DNA from: Macrostomum lignano
Taxonomy: Eukaryota
DNA length: 64,000 nt
Assembly: GCA_002269645.1 (NCBI GenBank)
Contig: NIVC01003682.1
Coordinates: 1-64,000 of the forward strand
Direction of reading: 5' to 3'
Notes under the pieces: model-generated
The model's database searches: none
Seen by the model: only the letters and a program-made list of their open reading frames with translations
What the model was told of the DNA's origin: nothing
Shown: positions 53,499-64,000 of the stretch, in pieces
Numbering within the stretch: the first letter of the stretch is position 1
How the letters are laid out: each line of letters begins with the position of its first letter
Position numbers and translations under genes: made by a program

Positions 53499-55149
53499 TA
53501 TTGTCTATGATTCACTGTCATTTGTGGGAGATTCTTCAATTTAGACTACTGAGAAAAGTAGACGAATAAAGATTTTTATTGTAAAATCCTTCAGATCTCT
53601 CTCACGACAAAAGAATGTCTCCATAAAATAACCGTCTGTGCACACTAAGAGTGGTGGGAGAGGACGGCGTGTGGCTTATGGCCGACTGTGGCTGTGGCAA
53701 ATGAACCAGAGACCTGTCTGCTGTCTCTGTCTGTGCAAGGTTCGATCGAGTACAGCATTTTTTGTCATGCTAAGATAGACAACAGGCTTCGAAAATTTTG
53801 CCTTTGAAATTTTAGTATTGATTCGTTTGTGCCGGAGACAATACGCAAATTTGTAACTGAAACACTCACTCTGTTAAGAGACAAACAAACTTGCGTTTAA
53901 AATATAAATTGCAAGTTTGGGTGTCCCAGATGTATTCCAGGCCTGCTTATCTTAGTCGACTTTTTCAATCATATTTGCATGTTGTCTATGGCCCAACTCT
54001 GTTCTATGGGCTTTCAACTTGGGATTTCCGTTTTCTAACTTAGTGCGTCATGACAAAAGCAATGATCGCCTACTGATTAGTAGTAGGGAAAGAATGTGAA
54101 GAGACAAACACAGACAAGGACTACTTAAGTAAAAGGACAGGAACTACGTTTCTTGGAAAAGTTTTAGGAGGCTGGTTTTTATCGAAAAATACATTTGCGG
54201 ATATCAAATTAACATGGAATCCTGATTTTCTGAACAATAGCTTTAAATATATATAAAAAGCGTATAAGAAAGGCAAGCTATACCAAAAGATGAACACTGG
54301 GTTTTCCTTCTATCAAAAGCAATAACAATTTCCGTATTGTACTTTTTCAGTAAAACCTGCCTCCTAACTTTTTTAAGAAACCTTTGAGTGTGTGTTCAGA
54401 TGTGTAAATTATGCTAGCTAGCCTACTAACCAGTAGCAAGGAAAGAATACATGACGCAAATCTGAATTGAGTGCAAATTTTTCAAAGTAGTAAGTAAGAA
54501 TGGTGTAAATTGTTTTTGAAAGAGTCGCATTCCCATACCTCTTTACCCCGATCTCTGTTGTTGTTGTTTTTTTAACTTAAGTACCAACGGCGTGAGTGTC
54601 ACTATGCCTCTGGTTTTGGCCTCGTCAGTTAACTCAGAATTCTAAAAAATGTTTTTTTCAACGTTTCCCTCTGCTGCTTCCTTTGTCGTTGTTTTTAAAA
54701 ACCTATTCTATTGCTGGTTAGATGCTGACACTACTGGCAGATTGTGTGAGCGTTTTGTTTTAACTGTTGCAATATTATTGATTTGGCCATTTTAGATTTT
54801 GATGCTTCAATTCTGATTGCTTGCGCATGGCGAGTGTTTTTATAACGCCTATATGCTTTCAGCACCTGCTTGCTCTGCATACACGCCCAATGGCCTAGTC
54901 TCGTCTCATTGCTGAGCCTGTGTAAAATATAACTGTTTGAGTTTTATTGTGTAACTTACTGTATTGCGTTATCTCTGTCTTTGCCTGACTCTTAGTATTG
55001 AATCTCTCCCCTGCTGGCAATGCCTGCTGGCTTCATCCTGGATTTGTCCTAGTTGATGAGCAAAGCCTGTCTGCTAGCTGACGTTCGAATTGCCCTAATT
55101 GTTGAAGATTTCTCCAGGCTGTACCTGTCCAGTGCTTATAGACTCCACT

Positions 55150-55286
55150 TGTCGCTAGTTAGTTAGTTTACTTGTTAGTAGGTTAGTAAGTTATTTAGTT
55201 ATTTAGTTAGTTAATCAGTCAGTCAGTCAGTCAGTCAGTCAGTTAGTTAGTTAGTTGGTCAGTCAGTCAGTCAGTCAGTCAGTTAG

Positions 55287-55325
<39 letters not shown>

Positions 55326-55382
55326 TTTAGTTAGTTAGTTATTTAGTTAGTTAATCAGTCAGTCAGTCAGTCAGTCAGTTAG

Positions 55383-55425
<43 letters not shown>

Positions 55426-55492
55426 TTTAGTTAGTTAATCAGTCAGTCAGTCAGTCAGTCAGTCAGTTAGTTAGTTGGTCAGTCAGTCAGTC

Positions 55493-55533
<41 letters not shown>

Positions 55534-55592
55534 ATCAGTCAGTCAGTCAGTCAGTCAGTCAGTTAGTTAGTTGGTCAGTCAGTCAGTCAGTC

Positions 55593-55644
<52 letters not shown>

Positions 55645-56145
55645 GGTCAGTCAGTCAGTCAGTCAGTCAGTCAGTTAGTTAGTTGGTCAGTCAGTCAGTC
55701 AGTCAGTCAGTCAGTCAGTCAGTTAGTTAGTTGGTCAGTCAGTCAGTCAGTTAGTCAGTCAGTCAGTCAGGCAGTCAGTCAGGCAGTCAGTCAGTCAGTC
55801 AGGCAGTCAGTCAGTCAGTCATTTAGTCAGTCAGTCAGGCAGTCAGTCAGTCAGTCAGGCAGTCAATAAGTCAGTCAGTCAGGCAGTCAGTCAGTCAGTC
55901 ATTTAGGCAGTCAGTCAGTCAGTCAGTCAGTCAGTCAGTCAGGCAGTCAGTCAGTCAGTCAGTCAGTCAGTCAGTCAGTCAGTCAGTCAGTCAGTCAGTC
56001 AGGCAGTCAGTCAGTCAGTCAGTCATTTAGTCAGTCAGTCAGGCAGTCAGTCAGTCAGTCAGGCAGTCAGTCAGTCAGTCAGTCAGTCAGTCAGGCAGGC
56101 AGTCAGTCAGTTAGTCAGTCAGGCAGGCAGTCAGTCAGTCAGCTA
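55150..56145. repeat. Compound tetranucleotide microsatellite (AGTT)n/(AGTC)n/(AGGC), ~1 kb
   Basis: Directly visible. Confidence 0.97.
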
Positions 56146-57031
56146 GTTTCAAGAACAGGCTTTGGTCACTGTCGTAAGCCCTAACGCGCGCAGGGTGTGC
56201 GGCTGCCCTGGCTTTCTCATTGTAAAGCACGCGCGCCCTCAGCCTTGGGGGTTGGCCCTCATAACGGCTTGAATCGCACGACAAGCACCAAATGGAGTCG
56301 AGTCTGTGTGGCAGGGGAGTTTGGCACTGTACATACCAAATCTGTTAATACTTGGCGTCAGCAAGCTTCACACCGGTTTGTGCAGTTAAATTCAAAACCG
56401 CACGCTGTCGTTGTGCTTTTCACTAAGAAGTTAGTCTCGTCTGTTTTATTGTTTATTAACTTTGTTTTAACAATGGTTTATTAGTCGCATCCGGTCGGCT
56501 TCAAATGCCCTTTATTGTCCCAAGTTGAGGGATTTTTCCCTTCGTCTCTGGCAGATTCTAATGTTAATACTGTTGTTTAGATTTGTCAATAGCGTCTTGT
56601 TTATATTCGTCTCTAGCATGTATAACTACGCTTAGTCAGGTCTTATTTTTGTTTGTCTAACAAATAGGATTGCAGACTTGGATCGTGACCTGTTTAATTT
56701 CAGTATGGCATATTTTATTGAGCTGTTTGAAATGCTGAGTACATGAATATTAGAAATACAGTACATTCAAGTTGCCATTGTATTCAATGCCGTGCTAATT
56801 AACGTTGTCGTAAAAAATTGATGCTAAAAATAGTTTTCATTTCCTTTGTTTGATTTTGTCATTTTTGCGCTACTAATAGTAGTTAAATAATATATCATCT
56901 CAACTTCGAATTTGTCAATGGTGAATTGAAATTTGTCGGCTGACAGGTCTTCACGGGTAATTTGACAGTTAATTCAAAATGTCTGCGTGCGCCAGACAGG
57001 GAGGTCAGCAGGAGCAACAGGAAAATCTGCA

Positions 57032-60000
57032 CACGGTAATACGGAGCTGGCCCACAGGCTGGCCTCCCTGCTCCCCGCCGCTATACTCCTTCAGGAAACC
57101 AAGCTTAAGAAAGAAGAAGATTATAACCCGCCGTGGGGATACGTAGTGGCCTCCAGGGAAGACGGAGTGCATAACGCCGGCCCCGATGACCGCGCTGTCG
57201 TGACACCTGCTCACCCCAATCGGCCACCCGACACTAACGGTACAGGCGCCGCCGGGACACGACGCCGTACCAACCCGCGCTGCCGGCTGAGATTCCCAGG
57301 ACTCCGCGAAAACTGGTGCGCCGGATGTCGCAGCGGCCGTACCGCCTGCAGCGTCCGTTTCACACCATGGCATGGCGCAGACAACCAATCTGTTCAAACC
57401 AGTGCATCCGGACGAGAAATCACCAGCACGCCACCGCCAGCCCAGCCCACTATCCCAAAAACCAACAAAAAAATTACAGGACGGGGAGGTACTATGGTGC
57501 TCGTCCGCGATGACGTCCAGTACGACAGACTCAAAGTCGATAGAGAACACGACCTCCTGGACGTTGCCGCCTGCCGCATCCGCCTCAAAGGACAGCAGCC
57601 GATCGTGATAGCATCTATCTATGCACCACCATCCAGCTGCCAACGCCCCGATAACACCTGGCAACCCAGCTTCACCAATCTCCCGACTACCGGTAGAGTC
57701 ATCCTCGGAGGCGACTACAACGCACACGGAAGCTGGGACCGCCACATTGATGAAGATCTCAGAGGCCAGACCGTCGACGAGTGGGTCGCCCGCAATGGGC
57801 TCGTCATCTGCAATACCACCTGCCACACACGCACCTGCCCCAGTACTGGCCGCCTCAGTAGCCCAGACGTGACCATCTGTATTAGCACCATTGCCGGATC
57901 CATCACGGACTCCTGGAAGACGCTACCAGACTGGGGAAGCGATCACCTGCCGATCGTTTTCGGCCTCCCAGCCTCTAACACCGGAAAGACCCGTCACTGC
58001 GGGCAAAAACGCTGGATCTATAAGAAGGCAGACTGGGGAGCCTTCAGGGAGTCGCTAAATACCTGGGAAGAATCCGAACGCAACGACACCACCTTAAACA
58101 CAGAGGCCACACGCCTTGCCGAAGCCATCCTGAACTCAGCAAGACTTGCCATCCCGCGCAGCTCCGGGAAAGAGACGAGACGCCTGCCGTTCTGGAACGA
58201 CGCCTGCGAGGAGGCCTCCAAAACTACACGTTCCGCGAGACAATCCGCAGAAAAAGAACCGACACCAGAAAATATTATTGCCGCAAACAGAGCCCGCCAC
58301 AACGCCTCAGGCTGTCTCCGGAGGGAGAAAAAAGCCTTCCTGTTCGACAAAGCGGCAAATTTCAGACAGGACTCGGACATTTTTGGCTTACTCCGCGCTA
58401 TGAGAGGCGATGGTTTTAAAACTCCGGACCCGGCTGCCATCGTCAGGGCCGCCTCCCCAGAATCGCCGGAGCGCACCGCCCGCACTAACAAAGAGAAGGC
58501 CGAACTCTTTTGCCAACTCTACGCCGAAGTTAGCCGAGTCCCCAGACGGAAAAATGACTCGGCCATCAGATACGAAGCGAACGAGGCCACCACGCCTATG
58601 GGTGACCCCCAAACAGACGGCCCGGACGCCCCTTTCGAGATCGACGAGCTCCGCGCCGCTATCCGATGTCTCAAATCAGGGAAGGCTGTGGGAACCGACG
58701 GTGTCTCCAACGAGATGCTTAAACGCCTCCCGCCGGCCGCTGACAAAGCCTTACTCAGCCTCATCAACCGCACCTGGCGGGAGGGCAAAACACCTACCAG
58801 CTGGCGAATTGGCACCATTATACCGATCCAGAAAAAAGGGAAAGACGCCGCATCACCGGATAACTACCGCCCCGTCGCACTTACCAGCTGCATCGCCAAG
58901 TGCGCGGAGCGCATGGTTCTGGCTCGTCTTAATTATGACCTGGAGAGCCGTGGCGGCCTCACGCCCACTCAAGCTGGCTTTCGTCGCGGTCGTAGCACCG
59001 AGGAACAGCTCGCGCGAGTCTGCCAAGCCATTTTTGATGGCCTCGAGAGTCTACCGGCGCTACGCAGCATCCTCTGCCTCCTCGACTTCTGCCGAGCGTA
59101 TGACAGAGTATGGCGCCTGGCCCTGTATGCCAAAATGCACCGCATGGGCATCCCGAAGCGCATCATCCGCTGGATCCGCGGCTTCCTGTCGGACCGTCAC
59201 AACGCAGTCCGCTGGGTTAACGCCACGAGCCGCAACAGAGTCTTCCGCGAAGGTCTGCCACAGGGCAGTGTGCTAGCGCCCACGCTGTGGAATATCTATG
59301 TCAACGATTTAGCCCAAGCAGTCGCCGAGGCGAACCCTTTGGTCAGCCTCAGTCTCTACGCCGATGACTCGGCCTTACTGGCGACCGCTCGCACACTCGA
59401 CATCTGTGCCAGAGAACTCCAACCAGCCCTGGATGCAGTGGCCGACTGGTGCCGAGATTGGAAAGTCTCCATTAGCACTGGGAAATGCTGCTACTCCACC
59501 TTCACTCTAGCGGCAAATGAAAACAACGGCAAACGGAGAGTGAACCTCCAGATCAACGGCGACAAGCTTGCCTTCGATCCAACACCGACCTTCCTGGGAC
59601 TCACTCTTGACGACAGCCTAAGTTTCAGCCACCATGCATCAAAGATCCGTAAAAAGATGGCCGCCCGCAGAAGACCTCTCACTGCCCTCGCTACCAGATC
59701 GGCCGGTGCGGACAGTCAGATCCTCCGCATGGCTTACATCGCCACCGTTCGCTCTGTTGCCGACTACGCGTGCGGGGTCTGGGGGTCCTTCACTGCAGCC
59801 AGCTCTAAGCTGCTGATTGACCGCCAACAGCACAGCTGTGCGCGGATCATCACTGGGTGCCTCCAACTTACTCACATCCGGGACCTGCTTGCGGTGGCGA
59901 ACCTGTCGCCCTTCAGCCACCTGGTGCTACAACGTAGTGCGACGCTCAGAGAAAGAATCCTACGTCTCCCGCAGGACACTCCAGCACTTCAGGTCGCCAA

Positions 60001-61126
60001 AATGGACACCCGACCACGACTGAAGAATCGAGCCTTTAAGATCCACCAGAGAACACCGAGAGACCCAAAGGACATTGTCACCGTCCTCCACGACTACCAG
60101 CGAGAACACCGTGGTTGCTGGCGCCGCGTTAGCCAAGAGCTCGACAGACAGGGGTTGCTCAACGGCCCCACCAGGGAGCCCGCTCCGCAGCCCCAGCCGC
60201 CGTGGACGGCCCACGAAGCGATCACCTTCGACCTCAGTTTGGCTACGCAGTGCAGCCGCAGCCAGCCCCAGAGCCTCCGCAGCGATACTGCACTGAGGTA
60301 CCTCGAGGAGCGCGGCTCCCACCCGGTCAGCGTTTGGACTGACGGCTCGGCCGCCGGCGGCACATCGGACGGCACCAGCGCAGCGGTGATCATCACCCCA
60401 TGCTGGGGTCGGGTCGTCACCAGCGCTGCAGGGAACATCTGCAGCAGCACCCAGGCGGAACTTCAAGCCATACTGCTTGCCATCCAGAATACCAGAGAGC
60501 ATCAATGTATCGACATCTTTACTGACTCCCAGGCGGCCATTTACAACATCATGGCGGGCCAGCGCAGCAACAGCAGAATCGTCTCCGAAATTTGGAACCA
60601 GAGTAGCGATCACTCAATCCGCATCACCTGGATACCGGCTCACTGCGGCATCCCCATGAACGAACGCGCAGATAGGGCGGCTAGATTGGCGACCGCAGAT
60701 CAGAGCGACCATGGTGCCCCCATCATGGCAGCCAGCGCATACCTCTGCCGGAAAAGACGTGATCTAGACCTCGAGCTTTGGGGCCGTAAGGCGCCATGGC
60801 CAAGACTCCCAACCTTGCCGAGGAAACTTGAGGTCCTGGTCAACCAGCTCCGCGCCGGATGCAGCAACCTTGCCGCCGCCACTAGACTCCGACTCGGCCT
60901 GTCCGACTCCGACGTGTGCCCGGACTGCGGAGCTCGCGACACCGAGCAGCACATTCTTTTCGACTGCCCACGAGGGTTCGCGGCCCGCCCCGGCGAACAA
61001 GACGCACTCCTGGCTGACGCGAGCCTCACCATCAACCTTCTTCGCAGGCTGGGGCGCATCTAGCGCCCCCGTCCCTTGCAGCCCAGCTGACATCGAGACG
61101 TGCGGTGCAGAGAGAGAGAGAGAGAG
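57032..61126 (+). mobile_element. Young 5'-truncated non-LTR retrotransposon (I/Ingi-like) with uninterrupted ORF2: EEP endonuclease + RT + RNase H + terminal Cys/His motif
   Basis: 13-bp TSD aggaaaatctgca (57019-57031 and 61127-61139) and an (AG)n tail. No stops up to 61063. Motifs LQETKL, GGDYNAH, SPD...SDH, YRPVAL, GLPQGSVLAP, YADD, WTDGS, TDSQAA, WIPAH, CPDC...EQHILFDC. The ORF start given in the track (56987) is read-in from flanking DNA. Confidence 0.95.
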
Positions 61127-61439
61127 AGGAAAATCTGCAACAAGCTTCTGCTGCATTTTTGAGGGTCACAGTCTCTCCTGCACACACCTCATCCACCTCA
61201 TCAGTTGTCCTCTTGGTGTCCAGTTCTATTGTGAAATGACATCATTGTATTGTTAACAAGTATAATCCTGGAATTTTCAAATTTACCCATTTTGTAGATA
61301 TATTCATTTTGTGGCTCAGAGCTGACACAAGTGTACATAGCTATTGAAATTTAAAACAGCCCTGCCAATGCTGATTTATCCGCATATTTGAACTCATGTA
61401 TTCGCTTTAGTCCATAGACGGGAGTAGCTCTGACAGCCA

Positions 61440-62035
61440 GGCCATGTACAGATACAGTTAGGCCATAGACAGATGCAGCCAGGCCATCGACATATACAGC
61501 TAGGCCATAGACAGATACAGCTAGGCCATAGACAGATACAGCTAGGCCATAGACAGATACAGCTAGGCCATAGACAGATACAGCTAGGCCATAGACAGAT
61601 ACAGCTAGGCCATAGACAGATACAGCTAGGCCATAGACAGATACAGCTAGGCCATAGACAGATACTGCTAGGCCATAGACAGATATTGCTAGGCCATAGA
61701 CAGATACAGCTAGGCCATAGACAGATACAGCTAGGCCATAGACAGATACAGCTAGGCCATAGACAGATACAGCTAGGCCATAGACAGATACAGCTAGGCC
61801 ATAGACAGATACAGCTAGGCCATAGACAGATACAGCTAGGCCATAGACAGATACAGCTAGGCCATAGACAGATACAGCTAGGCCATAGACAGATACAGCT
61901 AGGCCATAGACAGATACAGCTAGGCCATAGACAGATACTGCTAGGCCATAGACAGATACAGCTAGGCCATAGACAGATACAGCTAGGCCATAGACAGATA
62001 CAGCTATAGGTCATAGATAGACACACTTAGGCCAT
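61440..62035. repeat. 21-bp minisatellite, ~27 copies
   Basis: Unit gctaggccatagacagataca. Confidence 0.97.
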
Positions 62036-62150
62036 AGACATGCAGCACGCAGATACAATACTTGTATTCGACAGACAAAGCCTGCAGCCTACATAGCTAC
62101 AGGCAACCGAGCTGTAACTATATGCTGGCCTAACTGGCTAACGGTTGCAG

Positions 62151-62730
62151 TCAGTCCTGCCTGGCGAATCTCTCCAGGCTGCCCCGAACTGCGCCGCCGT
62201 CTCGGCCGGCCCCAACCCCCGACCCGGCCGCAGCTCGCTGCCCGCCGAGATCGATGCTGGCCAAGTAGGCGGCCAGTCTGGCCACGTTTGGCTGGCTGAA
62301 CAGCCAGATGAGGCCCAGCATGGTGCTGAGCACTCCCAGGCAGCTGCACACTGCGGCCACGCGGCCGTAGGCCACAGCGCGTCGCCTATCAGCGGCCGCT
62401 CTCGACGGTTGGCCTTCGGCGTCGCGTCGATCGCCGCGGGCCAGCAGGCTGTGCGAACGCATCGACAGGGCGACGGCGACGCCGCCTAGCAGGCAGTTGA
62501 AGCAGAGTGCCGTCACGGCCGAAACTACAAAGTTGGTCACTCGGTTGGTGTTGCCCCGGCAGCTGACGGCTCTGGCGGAGGCGCCGGCTCCAAACCGGAT
62601 TGGGAGGAGGCGCGGCGGAGCGGCGGCGACAGCGGCGCGGTCGATTCGCGTTTGCTGCGGCTGCTGTAGCTGCCACGGGAGCTCCGGAGCGGCGTCCGGC
62701 CTTTGGGCGGTTTTTGTGAATCTTTTCCAA
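62151..62730 (-). CDS. Probable exon of a multi-pass membrane protein (adhesion/secretin-type 7TM-like, TM5-TM7 region)
   Basis: GC-rich open frame with hydrophobic segments NFVVSAVTALCFNCLLGGVAVAL and VAAVCSCLGVLSTMLGLIWLF, then AAYLASIDLGGQ. Exon boundaries were not resolved. Confidence 0.4.
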
Positions 62731-62814
62731 ATTTTTCCCTAATCTTTCCCGAATCTTTCCTGAATCTTTTCTGAATCTTTTTCGAATCTATTTACGCGTA
62801 GAATATTTTACACT

Positions 62815-63515
62815 GGCGCCACTCTTACTGCCCATCTAGCCCCACTCCTGCTGTCTATCTGGCGCCACTCCTGCAGTCTATCTGGCGCCATTCCTGCTGT
62901 CTATCTGGCGCCACTCCTGCTGTCCATCTGGCGCCACTCCTGCTGTCCATCTGGCGCCACTCCTGCTGTCTATCTGGCGCCACTCCTGCTGTCCATCTGG
63001 CGCCACTCCTGCTGTCTATCTGGCGCCACTCCTGCTGTCCAACTGGCGCCACTCCTACTGTCCATCTGGCGCCACTCCTGCTGTCTATCTGGCGCCACTC
63101 CTACTGTCTATCTGGCGCCACTCCTACTGTCCATCTGGCACCACTCCTACTGTCCATCTGGCGCCACTCCTGCTGTCTATCTGGCGCCACTCCTACTGTC
63201 TATCTGGCGCCACTCCTACTGTCCATCTGGCGCCACTCCTACTGTCCATCTGGCACCACTCCTACTGTCCAACTGGCGCCACTCCTACTGTCCATCTGGC
63301 GCCACTCCTGCTGTCCATCTGGCGCCTGCACTCCTACTGTCCATCTGGCGCCACTCCTACTGTCCATCTGGCGCCACTCCTGCTGTCCAACTGGCGCCAC
63401 TCCTACTGTCCATCTGGCGCCACTCCTGCTGTCCATCTGGCGCCTTCACTCCTACTGTCCATCTGGCGCCACTCCTACTGTCCATCTGGCGCCCCTCCCG
63501 CTGTCCATCTGGCGC
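62815..63515. repeat. 23-bp minisatellite, ~30 copies
   Basis: Unit tctggcgccactcct(a/g)ctgtc(c/t)a. Confidence 0.97.
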
Positions 63516-63790
63516 CAACAGAAGGTTTAAGCACTTTCCGTCAGCCTATAAAACCCCTATTGAACTTTTGCACTTTCTATTCCAAAGAAAGTTTGGTTGT
63601 CTTGTCCGCTGTCTTGAGCTTTTCTATCGTATGTTTCTTGCAAAAGAAAGTAAAAAGTACGAATTCCCCAGTCATTAATTATTCCATTAACTACTCACAT
63701 TTGAGTCTGGAGAAACTGCGTCAGGACTTGGCTGCTTTACCAAGGGGCTGCCTGCCGTTGAGGCCAACCTGTTGTGGATGCAGGAGACCC

Positions 63791-63821
<31 letters not shown>

Positions 63822-64000
63822 TCAGGGAAGCTGCTCTGATGTCCACTTGAAATCGAACTGGACTCGTACGTTTATTAGCCAAGATTTGGATGGGAGTGCA
63901 GGGTCTTGGCCTCTCCAAGCTGATTGGATTCTGCCTGGTGCAAGGAGAGCCTCACTCTAGTCTCTCACACTAGCATGTCACTCTAGCCTGTCACTCTAGC

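Overview
Intron-rich, repeat-rich animal genomic DNA. No prokaryotic features, CRISPR array or rRNA. An invertebrate, possibly a free-living flatworm, is my weak inference from composition. Host genes whose splice sites I could phase by hand: (1) a secreted mucin-like protein (minus, ~86-7587) with 7 complete plus 1 degenerate Cys-bounded, discoidin/F5-8C-like modules separated by Thr-rich linkers; (2) CDC34/UBE2R E2 (minus, 8678-10359); (3) three-domain ALKBH8 (plus, 12884-26247); (4) a MARCH1/8-type RING-CH E3 (plus, ~40781-44346); (5) a possible 7TM exon near 62.2-62.7 kb. The most unusual structure is in an 11.1-kb ALKBH8 intron. A 2.6-kb 21-bp satellite there is interrupted by a 7.74-kb non-coding palindromic element (17099-24839) with ~3-kb near-identical inverted arms, a target-site duplication and a nested hairpin. 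Second is a 622-623-bp tandem array (~46.85-51.95 kb) whose unit is a complete exon-intron cassette: a symmetric phase-1, 237-nt exon with a fixed in-frame TAG. Mobile elements: a decayed mariner; a dead LOA/R1-type LINE; a MULE with a spliced PHD-FLYWCH-DDE gene, a nested hAT MITE and a Penelope GIY-YIG fragment; tRNA-derived SINEs; and a young 5'-truncated I/Ingi-type LINE whose endonuclease carries a ~105-aa Cys-containing insertion. Family assignments come from motif recognition only; no database search was run.
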